Assembly (NCBI GenBank): GCA_963700285.1
Contig: CAVOXA010000001.1
Coordinates: 544,001-608,000, forward strand
Reading direction: 5' to 3'
Origin: an uncultured Chloroflexia bacterium
GTDB lineage: Bacteria > Chloroflexota > Anaerolineae > JAAYZQ01
Length of the DNA: 64,000 nt
Positions 21,713-32,317 of this stretch are shown here, piece after piece. The notes under the pieces were generated by a model. It ran no database searches. It was not told the origin of the DNA and was given only the letters and a program-made list of their open reading frames with translations. Both the position numbers and the translations under genes were made by a program. Position 1 is the stretch's first letter; every line of letters starts with the position of its first letter.

Positions 21713-23259
21713 ATGGGTAGAACAACAAAGTTCCCAAAGATGTGGAGTGAGGCGCTGGTTGCCCTTCTCATGCTCATGGTCCCCTTGCTGCTGATCACCT
21801 GCGGTGGGCAGCCTACAGAGGTGGCCGTGGCGCCGACGGACGCGCCCGCTGAGGTCGCTCCGACCGATGCGCCTCCAACGGAGGCACTTACTGATGTACC
21901 TCCTACGGAGCCCCCGCCCACTCAGGCGCCAACCGAGCCTCCGCCGACCGAAGCTCCTACGGAACCGCCGGCGACCGACACGCCAGAGCCCACGGATGAA
22001 CCAACGCCGGAGCCAACAGACGCGCCGATACCGGAAGCTGTGGACGATACGGCTTGCATCGGTTGCCATACGGACGAGGAAACCCTCAAGCTCGTCGCTG
22101 AAGAGGAAGAAAAGCCCGAGGTAGAATCCGAAGGCGAGGGCTGAGGCGGCTCTGTGCCTCCGTTGGAGGTATGGGAGAAGGTCTTATATCAGCGACGAGA
22201 CCTTTGTAGATTCGATCCACGGCAAGATGGGCTGCATCACCTGCCACGGTGGTGCCAGCGGCGTCGAGGACAAGGAAGCGGCCCACGAAGGCGTGGTCCG
22301 TGATCCCGATTCGGTGGAGAAATGCGCCGTCTGCCACATGGAGACGGTTGAGGCAGACCAGAATAGCCTGCACTCGCAACCTGGCTGGCTATACTGACCG
22401 TTCTCTCCGCCCGCTCCACCCCGGACAAGATGCCCCAGCTCGAAGAGATGATGGGAAATCACTGCGACTACCTGCCACACGAGCTGCGGCCAGTGCCACG
22501 TCAGCCGGCCCACCAACCTGGGCGGCGGCCTGACGGCGGGTCATGAGTTCAAGAAGGTGCCCGCCCATGAACCTGACCTGCACTGGCTGTCATGGCAGCC
22601 GCATCGAGAACGAGTACAAGGGCAAGAACGAGGGCGATCAAGGCCGACACCCACTGGATCAAGGGCGGCATGCCCTGCTTTGACTGCCACACGTCTGACG
22701 AGATGCACGGCAAGCTGGGCGAGGCCGAGCATCGCTATGACGGCCCGCCGACGCCCAGCTGTACGGACGCGGACTGCCACCCAGATGTGGGCCCGGCGAC
22801 GGCAATGTCTACCACAGCGAGTTCCACTATGATGCGCTGAGCTGCCAGGTCGTGCCACTCGACGACCTACAAGAACTGCTATAGCTGTCACGTGGCCCAG
22901 GAAGACGGCGTGCCCTTTTTCAAGATCGAGCCGTCGGTGATGGACTTTAAGATCGGCCGCAACCCGCTCCAGAGCGACGACCGGCCCTGGGAGTACGTCC
23001 CGGTCCGGCACGTGCCCATCGATACCGAGTCCTTCGCCTACTATGGTGAGGACCTGCTGCCCAATTTTGACGCGGTGCCGACCTGGAAGTATGCCACGCC
23101 ACACAACATCCAGCGAATACACCTCAGACCGAGAGCTGCGATGCCTGTCACGGCAATGCCCAGTTCTTCCTGACGGCCGAGGATGTGCTGCCCGAAGAGT
23201 TGGAGGCCAACAAAGACGTTATCGTCGAAGAGCCGCCACCAGCCATGGGTGGGAGGTAA
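21713..23259 (+). CDS. multiheme cytochrome c lipoprotein with probable selenocysteine at TGA 22142-22144 (copy 2; indel-frameshifted)
   Basis: Lipobox LLITC, PTE repeats, CIGCH, EGEG-TGA-GGSVPPLEVWEK; same heme pattern and C-terminus as copy 1. Confidence 0.82.
22145..22177 (+). promoter_or_regulatory. bacterial SECIS-like hairpin (copy 2)
   Basis: TGCCTCC-GTT-GGAGGTA with the same 17-nt offset from UGA as copy 1; one G-C to G-U change that keeps the pairing. Confidence 0.72.
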
Positions 23260-23321
23260 GCTCTTACCCTGAAGAACCCCCTGCGAAGGAACCAAACTTC
23301 GCAGGTCAAGTAGGCACAAGA

Positions 23322-23354
23322 ATCGCCCGCGGTGGAGTACCCACCGCGGGCGAT
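23322..23354. terminator. hairpin between convergent operons
   Basis: ATCGCCCGCGGTGG-agtac-CCACCGCGGGCGAT. Confidence 0.65.
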
Positions 23355-23386
23355 TGCTTATTGGAAGGGTGTCCCTCAAACAGGTT

Positions 23387-24613
23387 TTACTCAGCTCCGT
23401 GGCACACCGTGCACTGCGTGTTGGCATAGTCGCCGTGGTTGGATGGGGCAGGCCTGACTTGCCCGTCAAGGCTGTGGCACATCAGACAATCCTCCTGGCC
23501 TGCCAGCCCGTGGGAGATCTGTGGCGAGAGGCTGACGACCAAGGCGGCCATGGAAGATGCCCATCCTTCCGGCGTGTGGCAGACGGTACAGTCGCCCGAT
23601 AGGTGGCCCTCTGGCCGCTGATGGCATGTGCTGCACTCGTGCTTCGGTGCGGGCTTGCCCCCGCCATGGCATCCCTCGCATGGCGCGCTCTGATGGGCAC
23701 CGGTCAGTTCCACGGGGTGCAGTTCTGCTGGCAGGACCGCCGCGTCCTGGAAGCCTATGGGCGTGTGGCAATCCTCACAGGCTGGGCCATAGTGGGGCTG
23801 TCCTGGCGGCTCGTGGCAGTCGCTGCAGCTGACTCCAGTCGCCTGCTCAAAGCTCGTGTTCGGGTGACAGTCGGAGCAAGCAGCCTGGGCATGCCCGGCC
23901 GTCAGCTCTAGCGGGTGTGTCGCCATCTCTACCTGCTGCCATGCCTCTGTCGACTGGTGGCACCCGCTGCAGTCCATGGTTCCCGTTGGTTCATGGGCAG
24001 CGATGTGGCAGGTGTCGCAGTCGCTCAGCTCGCTGTTCAGCTGCTGCGTCTGGTGGCAGTCCAGGCAGACACGCATTGGACAGATGATCTCCCCACTAAC
24101 CGGGTCATAACCGTGACCGACGCCACCGTGGCAATCACTGCAGGCTACTCCCACGGCCTCGCCGTGGCTCACGGCGTCGTGCGGGGTGCGCAGCCGGTCT
24201 TCCGGGAACTCGGCGGGTAGGTCTGGGTGACAGGCAATACAAACTCCGGCATTGCCGATACTTGGGTCAGTGACCATGCCCCTATGGGCCCTTTCCCTAT
24301 CTACAGCGACGGCGTCGCCATAATGACACGTTGCGCAGGTCAGCCGGCCGTGGGGAGTATCTTTCGGTTGAGGTTCGATGACCAGGCGTGCCATCTCGCC
24401 ATCTGTGGCGCCCTCACTGGCCAGTACTTTTGGGTCCAGGTGGCATGTCTGGCAGTTTTCTGAGCGTGGATCGGCTGTCGCTGGCTGCTGGGCCCTGGAT
24501 GCCTCCGCTCGGGTCAGCGGTTGTAGAAGCAGTACTACAAAGACTGTGAGCAGGATCAGCCCCGTGCCGGCCAAGACCACGGCCCGGCGAGACCATCGTC
24601 GGGTCGCCGGCAC
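23387..24613 (-). CDS. membrane-anchored multiheme cytochrome c (15 CXXCH)
   Basis: N-terminal TM; 15 CXXCH counted in the ORF; paralog of 6044-7181. Confidence 0.9.
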   Translation of the reverse strand: MPATRRWSRRAVVLAGTGLILLTVFVVLLLQPLTRAEASRAQQPATADPRSENCQTCHLDPKVLASEGATDGEMARLVIEPQPKDTPHGRLTCATCHYGDAVAVDRERAHRGMVTDPSIGNAGVCIACHPDLPAEFPEDRLRTPHDAVSHGEAVGVACSDCHGGVGHGYDPVSGEIICPMRVCLDCHQTQQLNSELSDCDTCHIAAHEPTGTMDCSGCHQSTEAWQQVEMATHPLELTAGHAQAACSDCHPNTSFEQATGVSCSDCHEPPGQPHYGPACEDCHTPIGFQDAAVLPAELHPVELTGAHQSAPCEGCHGGGKPAPKHECSTCHQRPEGHLSGDCTVCHTPEGWASSMAALVVSLSPQISHGLAGQEDCLMCHSLDGQVRPAPSNHGDYANTQCTVCHGAE

Positions 24614-24619
24614 TCTGCC

Positions 24620-25746
24620 CCGATAGGCGACCGCCTGGCAGGATGGGTAGGAAGCGAACCGCTAGCGCAAAGATGAGCACGCCGGCCGCGATCGCCGCCG
24701 CTGAGACGACCAGCTCCATCCAGTGCGGAAAGTACGACGCCCCAGACGGGGCGCTCTGGGCCACCAGGGCGACGCTGGTGCGGTTGATAGGCCAGGCCCA
24801 GCAGCACACAGCCGGATCCAGCGATCAGACCCGTGCTGCTTTCCCTGATCTTGCGCTGGCCAAAGAGCACCATGGGCAAGATCACGCCGATCAGGATTTC
24901 GGCCAGGAACAGAGCCGCTGTACCTGCCCTCCGAGAACACCATCCCAGCTCGCCAGCAAGGATCAGGTCGGCTACCTTGAGTACCAGGTAGAAGCCCAGC
25001 AGCACCGACACGACCCGGGCCAAGTTGCTGAGCAAGTTCAGGTCCAGACCGCAATGAAAGATCCTCTTGCAGATCGATCCGACAAAGATGGCCATGGATA
25101 GCCCGGCAAAAGCGGCCGATGTGAAGAAAAATAGTGGCAGCAGCGGCGTCCACCACAAAGGATGGAGTTTGTAGGGCATGAGCAGGAACAATGAGCCCAG
25201 CGAGGACTGGTGCAGCGACGACAGCACGATCCCGGCGCCAGCAGTCAGCACGGTGAGCATCCCGATAAGGCGCAGAGGTTTCTGCCAGTTCAGGCGCTCC
25301 AGCACGGCAGGGGCAACCTCCAGGAGCATGATGCCCATATAGATGGTCAGGCAGATGCTGACCTGGAACATAAAGGAGTGGATGTTCCAATACCAGGGAA
25401 TGAGGACGTTGTAGAACTGGTGCCAACGACCCAGATCCATTACCAGGACTGCAATGACCATCACTTCGCCAAGAAAGCCGGCCAGAACTACCGGTCGAGC
25501 GATGCTGTGGTACTCCCTGCGGTTGTAGATGTGGGTTACGGCCAGGATCATGAACGCCCCGGCAGAGAAGGGCACAAAGAATACATCATACACGATCCAC
25601 AGGCCCCAGGGATAGCCATCGCTCAGGCTCGTCGTAGAGCCCAAGCCGTTGATCATGCGGACGATGCCCACCCCCGCCCCAACGGCGACGAGGACGGCCA
25701 GGAGAAGGAGGCCGATGGGCACACGGCGTTTGCTGGTCAGGATCAT
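24620..25746 (-). CDS. NrfD/HybB-type membrane subunit (frameshift ~24790; 3' end uncertain)
   Basis: GLGSTTSLSDGYPWGLWI, DLGRW, LSSLHQSSLGSLF, HPLWWTP, 'NRTSV...YFPHWMEL'. Confidence 0.88.
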
Positions 25747-26675
25747 GGCTCGATCTCCTCTTCTTCGCCCGCCTTTTGGTCAGGCAGCGACTCCTCGTAC
25801 CGGATCTTCTGCCGCCGGCCGCCGGACAGGTAGTAGAGGCCGCCCAACATGAATGCAACACTCGCCGCAACACCAGCCGAGCCATAGGTGGCTACCGCCT
25901 CACTCAGTGCCGTGACAGGCTCTGACTTGAGCTCGGGGAAGCCCAATTCCTCAAAGGGTACGGGGGAAAGATAGATCCAGGATGTGCCCCCGACCTCTTC
26001 CCTGCCGTAGACGTGATGGACATACCGATCAGGATCTGCCTGGATGCGCGCCTCGGCTTCCACGATCAAGGCATCCCGGTCGCCGAATACAAGGGCCCCG
26101 GTCGGGCAGGCCGCAGCGCAGGCGGGCTCCATCCCCATTTCCTGCCGGTCCACACAGAAGGTGCATTTGCGAATCCGGGGCAGCGCCTCAGCCCATTCGA
26201 ACTTGGGTACGCCAAAGGGGCAGGCCACCATGCAGTAGCGACAGCCGATGCACCGGCTGCAGTCATAGACCACGGCGCCATTCTCCAGTTTTTGCAGGGC
26301 GCCCACCGGGCAGGCTGACACGCAGGCCGGATCCTGGCAGTGCATGCACTGCCGCTTGACAAAGACCCGGTATTGCTGGCCGTTTCTCTCGATTTCATAC
26401 AATTCGGGTAGGGTCCAGGTTTCTGCTGAGAGGCAGGTTCCGGTCGGGTTGCTCTCTTGACCTGGGCCCTGCTCCCCCTGCAGGTGATTCCACTGGCTGC
26501 ACGCTTCCTGGCACCATCCACAGCCAATGCACTTTGTGAGATCGCTCAGCATACCCTTCGATCCGGTCGATGGGGTCCTAATGGACGGTGACGCGTTGGT
26601 GGTGCTGCCTGGCAGCAACATAGCCCCCGCAGCGATCCCGCAGACCTGAAGGAATTTTCTTCGATCAAGCTCCAT
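25743..26675 (-). CDS. HybA/NrfC-like 4Fe-4S dicluster protein (TAT signal, C-terminal TM)
   Basis: DRRKFLQ; CIGCGWCQEAC, CMHCQDPACVSACP, CIGCRYCMVACPF, KCTFC...CAAACP, YGREEVGGTS. Confidence 0.92.
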   Translation of the reverse strand: MELDRRKFLQVCGIAAGAMLLPGSTTNASPSIRTPSTGSKGMLSDLTKCIGCGWCQEACSQWNHLQGEQGPGQESNPTGTCLSAETWTLPELYEIERNGQQYRVFVKRQCMHCQDPACVSACPVGALQKLENGAVVYDCSRCIGCRYCMVACPFGVPKFEWAEALPRIRKCTFCVDRQEMGMEPACAAACPTGALVFGDRDALIVEAEARIQADPDRYVHHVYGREEVGGTSWIYLSPVPFEELGFPELKSEPVTALSEAVATYGSAGVAASVAFMLGGLYYLSGGRRQKIRYEESLPDQKAGEEEEIEP

Positions 26676-26722
26676 TGCTTTTCTCCTCATTCCTTTTCCA
26701 GATTATTCTTGGCTGAATGGCC

Positions 26723-26899
26723 TCAAGCCGCCTTGCCTCCGGACCTATACCTCCGGATGAGATCGCTCGAGCCAAGCTGCCGGAACGCCAGGAAGGCACC
26801 CAGCACGACCAACCAGACGAGTGTTCCCGGCAAGAGGGCAAAGAACCCGCCCAGGATGACATGTCCAACCGTCACGATACTCTGTAGAACCTGTTCCAT
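26723..26899 (-). CDS. small membrane protein, 58 aa (not in the ORF track)
   Basis: MEQVLQSIVTVGHVILGGFFALLPGTLVWLVVLGAFLAFRQLG...; RBS GAGGAG. Confidence 0.6.
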   Translation of the reverse strand: MEQVLQSIVTVGHVILGGFFALLPGTLVWLVVLGAFLAFRQLGSSDLIRRYRSGGKAA

Positions 26900-26960
26900 T
26901 GCAAGGTCTCCTCTCTGACAGTAAGGTAGTGTTCTCAGGATGGAGCGGCAACACAGCGCT

Positions 26961-27089
26961 TTAGTGTCGCTGTGTCTTGGCCCGCGCGCTCTTGAATCGC
27001 TCCAGCAGATCGGTTGACAGAAGTAGGGCGGGCGCCAAGAGTACGAGAAGCGTCCCCAACACCAAAGCGACTACTGCATACGTGTTCAT
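26961..27089 (-). CDS. small membrane peptide, 42 aa (not in the ORF track)
   Basis: MNTYAVVALVLGTLLVLLAPALLLSTDLLERFKSARAKTQRH; RBS AAGGAG. Confidence 0.55.
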   Translation of the reverse strand: MNTYAVVALVLGTLLVLLAPALLLSTDLLERFKSARAKTQRH

Positions 27090-27105
27090 GGCTATAACTC
27101 CTTTT

Positions 27106-27381
27106 CTAAATGGATTGCCTGGGCTGTTCTTGAGTCATTTGGCTCGGACTGGGGGACAGGACTCTGGACATCAGAAGTATGGCTCTTGTGCCCACCGCAG
27201 ACCCACGTGCAAACCCCTGGATGTGCCCGGCTCGTGGCAGCGTTACTTCCTCTTTGTGTACTTTGTCCCGTACGATCGAGATCAGGCCTACAATCACCGC
27301 GACCCACACCAAGGCGGGTACAAAAAGGGTGATCACGATTCGCAAGATCCAGTCGACTGCAACCTGGAGTGATTCCATCAC
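27106..27381 (-). CDS. small membrane protein
   Basis: ILRIVITLFVPALVWVAVIVGLISIV TM segment; RBS GAGG. Confidence 0.6.
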   Translation of the reverse strand: MMESLQVAVDWILRIVITLFVPALVWVAVIVGLISIVRDKVHKEEVTLPRAGHIQGFARGSAVGTRAILLMSRVLSPSPSQMTQEQPRQSI

Positions 27382-27614
27382 TGTACTTCCTCTCAGATTC
27401 CCGCCAGAACCGATACACCTCCAATGGGCTTCACGATTCTCCCTACTGGGTGTGCAGTCTGCTGGACTCCAACGAGAGACTCACAGACAACCGTACCACG
27501 CTGCAACCAATATACCACCGCGCGCCGGCCCTGTCATCGGCCAACACGCCAAATCCGCACTGGCAGAAAAGCGAGTCTCTGCCCTCCACCGGCTGCCCAA
27601 CAGTGGCATCGGTC

Positions 27615-27687
27615 TAGGCAGATCTGCCCAGATGCCGGTGGGGCCGGCCAGGTATTCTTGCCAGTGTGGGCTAGGCATTCTTGCCCG
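27615..27687. promoter_or_regulatory. three imperfect palindromic boxes, candidate NarL/LuxR-type response-regulator sites
   Basis: TAGGCAGATCTGCCCA (27615), CAGGTATTCTTGCCAG (27649), TAGGCATTCTTGCCCG (27672) in a divergent promoter region. Confidence 0.55.
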
Positions 27688-27843
27688 GTCTGTGCGCAAG
27701 TCCGCTCCACTCCTTCAAAGCCAATGACCTGTGGTCAGATGATGGTTGCTCACTGGTCAATCATGCTAGGCCCAAGATCGTTATTGACAGGCTCCCTGAG
27801 GGTGGATATAATCCATCCACCTGATAGCAGGCAGAGGAGCAGA

Positions 27844-28509
27844 ATGCACAGGATACGAGTTCTCCTGGCCGAAGATCATATCTTGGTTCGGGAGGGAACC
27901 AGGCAACTTCTGGAGCGCGAGAAGGACCTCCAGGTAGTGGCCGAGGCCGGCGATGGTGAGGAGGCCGTGCGCCTTGCGGCCCAGACCAAGCCTGACGTGG
28001 CCCTGGTGGATATTTCCATGCCCAAGCTCAATGGCATCGAAGCCACCAGGCAGATCAAAGAGATTTCGCCCGGTACGGCCGTTCTGATTCTCACAGCCTA
28101 CGATGACGATCAATACGTTTTCGCCCTTTTGGAGGCCGGGGCTGCCGGATACCTGCTCAAGAACGTCCGGGGCCGCGATCTTGTGGAAGCCATCCGAGCG
28201 GTCAACGCTGGTGAATCAGCCCTCCATCCCGTGATTGCCCGCAAAGTTATCGACCGCTTCTCGCGTACCTCCGGCCAGCCGCCTGAGCGACCTGCCTCGG
28301 ATCCGCCAACTGAACGGGAAATGGAGGTGCTGAGGCTGGCGGCCAAGGGGTTGAGTAACAGAGAGATTGCGGATCAACTCTGTCTGAGTACCCGCACCAT
28401 CCAGGCCCACCTGGGCACCATTTTCACCAAAATGGAAGTCGGCTCGCGCACTGAGGCCGTGGTTCAGGCCCTGCGCAAGGGCTGGCTGGTGCTGGAAGAT
28501 ATCGAGTAG
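27844..28509 (+). CDS. NarL/LuxR-family response regulator
   Basis: VLLAEDH...VDISMP...GYLLK; HTH TEREMEVLRLAAKGLSNREIA. Confidence 0.93.
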   Translation: MHRIRVLLAEDHILVREGTRQLLEREKDLQVVAEAGDGEEAVRLAAQTKPDVALVDISMPKLNGIEATRQIKEISPGTAVLILTAYDDDQYVFALLEAGAAGYLLKNVRGRDLVEAIRAVNAGESALHPVIARKVIDRFSRTSGQPPERPASDPPTEREMEVLRLAAKGLSNREIADQLCLSTRTIQAHLGTIFTKMEVGSRTEAVVQALRKGWLVLEDIE

Positions 28510-28519
28510 GCAGGTTGGC

Positions 28520-30080
28520 ATGGAAAGAGACGCGACAGCCCTGGCAGAATCGCCGGGAGGGGTGGGACAACGCCTGATGCGGGTGTTACGCAGTCGCTAC
28601 TTTTGGATAGTGGTGGGCATGCTGGCCATCAGTTCCTTCTTTCACTACTTGGGCCTTCACTCCTTTCTTAGGCCTGTGTCTTCTCTGCCCATCACGCGGT
28701 ACGCCGTAGGGCGCATCATTTTTCTCCTGCCCGTCGCCGCAGCAGCTTTTGCCTTCGGTTACGTGGGGGGCCTGGTCACGCTCCTCGTTGCTATCCTAAT
28801 CATGTTGCCGCGGGTGTTTCTCGTTTCGCCCCACCCCCTGGATGCTCTCATTGAGACGATCGGCATTACCCTGGTTGGTCTCATCATCGTCTGGATGATC
28901 GAGACACAGGACAGGGAGAAGAAGTTGCGCCAGCGGGTTGTCGAAGAGTTGGAAACGATCAATGCCATCAGTGCTGCACTCTGCCAGTCCCTGGATCTGG
29001 ACCTCACGCTTGACCAGGTACTGGGCAAGGTCCTGGATGTGGTCCCTGGCCTGGGCGCAAAGGGCGGACTTTTCCTGTTGGATGCCCAGGGGCAAACCTT
29101 GCACCTCCGGGCCCACCGGGGACTGACAGCCGAGTTTGTCCAACAGGCATCAGAGGTTCCCCTGGATGAGTGCCTGTGCGGGCTGACAGCCGAGACGAAC
29201 GAGGTGACTGGTTGTGGAAGATGCGCTGAATCACCCCCGGCATACCCGATGTCCTGAGCGGGAGCCTCATTCGCACATCTGCGTCCCCTTGCATTCCAAG
29301 GATAGGCTGCGGGGTGTCATGGACTTTTGTCTCCCGGAGACAAGAGTGGTGGACGCTTTGGACAGGCAGATGTTCGCCGCTATCGGCAGGCAGATTGGCG
29401 TGGCGGTCGAGAACGCGCGCCTGTATGAAAACTTGCGTTTCTACGTCAGGCAGATCACCAGGGCGCAGGAGGAGGAGCGTAAGCGGGTCGCCCGCGAACT
29501 GCACGACGACACGGCCCAGGGCCTGATCGATCTCACGCGCCGGCTCGACGATCTTGCTGCCTCGGGCGAGGTACATTCCGAGTACGCCACGGCGCGCCTC
29601 GAGGAGTTGCATGAGCGAATTGAGGATCTGTTGCAGGGTGTACGGCGCTATAGTCGTGACCTTCGGCCATCTGTGCTGGACGATCTCGGATTGCTGCCAG
29701 CAGTGGAGGGGCTGCTAGCCAATATTCAGGAGACCGGGACGAGGGCCGAACTGCTGATCGTTGGTGATCAGCGGCGCCTGTCCCTGGAGGTAGAGTCGGA
29801 GTTGTACCGCATCGTGCAGGAGGCCCTTCACAATGTGCGGTGGCATGCCCAGGCCTCGCAAGTTACGATTACCGTCGAGTTTGGGCAGGACCGTGTCCGG
29901 GTCAACCTGCAGGACAATGGCCGCGGCTTTGAGGTTCTGGGCACAACCAGCGATCTGGCATCGATGGGTAAGTTTGGCCTTGTTGGGATAGCGGAGCGTA
30001 CCCAACTGTTGGGGGGGCACTTTTCGGTACAGTCGGAAGTAGGTGTGGGGACGACGGTCACTGTGGATGTGCCGGTGTAG
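28520..30080 (+). CDS. membrane GAF-domain sensor histidine kinase, HisKA_3 (frameshift ~29210)
   Basis: TM region, GAF domain, EERKRVARELHDDTAQ, LRPSVLDDLGL, QEALHN, DNGRGF. Confidence 0.9.
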
Positions 30081-30112
30081 AACTGCCGGGCAAAGGTGCG
30101 ACCGTCACCCGA

Positions 30113-30763
30113 TCACACATAGTCCTCGATACGATTCCGCGCGGCGTAGGCCGCCGCCTGGGCCCGGGAGTTCAGGTCCAGTTTGCTCAGGATCATGCTG
30201 ACATAGTTGCGCACCGTCTTTTCGCTCAGGTGCAGCGCCTCTCCGATCTCACGGTTGGTCTCTCCCTCGGCCACGCGGGCCAGAATCTGCATCTCCTGGG
30301 CGTTGAGACCTGCAAAGGCGTGGGCCCGCTCCTGTAGCCGCATCTCGCGCATCTTGGCAAAAACGCGGCCCATGACTGCCGGATCGATCAGGCTTTCGCC
30401 ACGTCCTACCCGCTCCAGAGCCCCGATCAATTCGTCGGAGCCGATCTGTTTGAGGACATAGCCATCGGCGCCATTGGCAATGGCCTCAAAGAGGACCTCG
30501 TCGTCGGGGAACGAGGTCAGCATGATCACACGCGTCTCGGGCCGGTCAGCCTTGATCTGCCGGCAGGCCTCCAGGCCGGTACCGCCCGGCAGACGCACGT
30601 CCAGTACGACCACGTCAGGCGCCAACTTGCTGGCCTGCTCCACTGCTTCACGGACTGTGCCGGCCTCGCCGACTACCTCCATCTCTGGCTGGCGATCGAT
30701 GAGGGCTCGTACCCCCACGCGTACCACTTCGTGGTCGTCGACCAGCAATACCCTCAAGCCCAT
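30113..30763 (-). CDS. DevR/DosR-like NarL-family response regulator
   Basis: [11 protein letters not shown]...LDVRLP...LTSF.DDE...[16 protein letters not shown]. Confidence 0.92.
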   Translation of the reverse strand: MGLRVLLVDDHEVVRVGVRALIDRQPEMEVVGEAGTVREAVEQASKLAPDVVVLDVRLPGGTGLEACRQIKADRPETRVIMLTSFPDDEVLFEAIANGADGYVLKQIGSDELIGALERVGRGESLIDPAVMGRVFAKMREMRLQERAHAFAGLNAQEMQILARVAEGETNREIGEALHLSEKTVRNYVSMILSKLDLNSRAQAAAYAARNRIEDYV

Positions 30764-32208
30764 GTTTCCTCAGGTTCTAGTTCCAGGGTTGCTTCATCCT
30801 TGCCTTCGCAGGGGATCGTCAGTACCAGGCCAAGCCCCTGCCCAGGGTTACCATCCAGGACAAGCTCTGCCCCCAACATATCCGCCCGTGCCTGCATGTT
30901 GGCCAGCCCTGACCATGATAGACGCCATCAGATAGACCCTTGGGCGCCATTCCCTTGCCATCGTCCGCAATCGTCAGGCGTGTGGCGCTGCCCAGATAGC
31001 TCAGTCTGACGGTCACGTGCGTGGCCTGTGAATGCTGTACCACGTTGCTCAATGCCTCGCGCGCGATCTGTGTGATCTGCGACACATCCCCAGAGCCCAT
31101 CCAGCAGCAGCGCTGTCCCCGTGACCTCCAGGTCCACTTCCAGCAGGGTGTCCAGCCGCAGATCCCGGACAAGCTCTTCCAGGACCATCTCTAGCTCACG
31201 GGTCTGCTCCGCGGTCTGTAGATCAAAGATGTAGCGGCGGATATCCTGGATCGTTAGGTTGAGGGCGTCCATCACGCCCCGGATGCGTGTCTGGGCCTGA
31301 GGAGGATCTTCAACGACCAGGAGGTGGGCATCCTCCAGGCTGAGGCCGGCGGCATAGATCCTTTGAATGATGCCATCGTGCAGCTCCCGGCCGATCCGCT
31401 CCCGGTCCTCGGCCAGGTGCCGCGCCAGGTCCATTTCTGCCAGGCGGCGGTCATCTTCCGCCTGGAATATCTCCAGGGAACGGACGACAAAGAAGGCCAT
31501 GGCCAGGCCGCACAGGGAACGAAAGACGGGCGCCGGAATGCGCACAGTCGCATCCAGGAGGCTATAGTTCAGAATACTGGCTGGAAAGACGGGGGCCGCA
31601 GGTACCAAAATGCCGCCGACAAGGGCATACACCAGGAAGGAAGCCGCCGCACCGTTCAGATAGGTGGCAATGCGGCTCAAGCCTAACCCCCGCACTTGGC
31701 GGGCCTGGCGGAACAAGCCCACGCTGGCCAGGATCGCTCCGGGGAGACATAGAACGTAGCGGGCCCAAACCTCGCCAACCGCGACCAGCATGTTGAGGGC
31801 GTCCTGGGCCAGCAGGCCGCGCAGAAAGACGGCGGTACCCCACAGCATGAGGACCACGGCCGGTACGGCGCGCAGCCACTGCTGCCGGGGCAGAAGGGGT
31901 AGCACCATCTCGACGCCAAACTGGAGCAGGAAAAAGTACGAGACGGCCAGCAGCAACAGGTGGGCGACGACCATCACGCGTACGACGGGGTCCGGCAGGT
32001 AGAGGGCCTGCAGGGGGACAAAGATGTGCCCCCACTCATTGAGCCCATGGGCGATGCCAAAGGCGGCCAGCCAGGGCAGCGGGCGGGCCAGCTCCAGGTG
32101 GCTGTGGCGCCGCCACTGCAAGCCCGTCACCAGGCCCATGACAAAAAAGACCTGTCCGTAGACAAAATAGAGAATAATCCAGTTGATTTCCAGGATCTGG
32201 GTCAACAT
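30760..32208 (-). CDS. multi-TM sensor histidine kinase, HisKA_3 (frameshifted C-terminus; end approximate)
   Basis: [10 protein letters not shown] membrane domain; [16 protein letters not shown]; [14 protein letters not shown] in the second frame. Confidence 0.88.
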
Positions 32209-32287
32209 GCCCACAAACGACCTCCCACGGCGCAATTATAGCATCAAAGTGCGCATCTCACAATTGACGTCGTGGAGATTGCCGTTT

Positions 32288-32317
32288 TGTCCCTGGAAAT
32301 TAGGGACATCTGTCAGG
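32288..32317. promoter_or_regulatory. candidate response-regulator binding site
   Basis: Perfect inverted repeat TGTCCCT-N7-AGGGACA, overlapping a DosR-box-like TAGGGACATCTGTC. Confidence 0.45.

Noticed and set aside
21820-22040. Tandem DNA repeats or CRISPR-like array
   Set aside because: These encode the PTE/PTD linker of the lipoprotein, with no constant repeat plus unique spacers. The same applies to 32940-33050 and 57110-57320.
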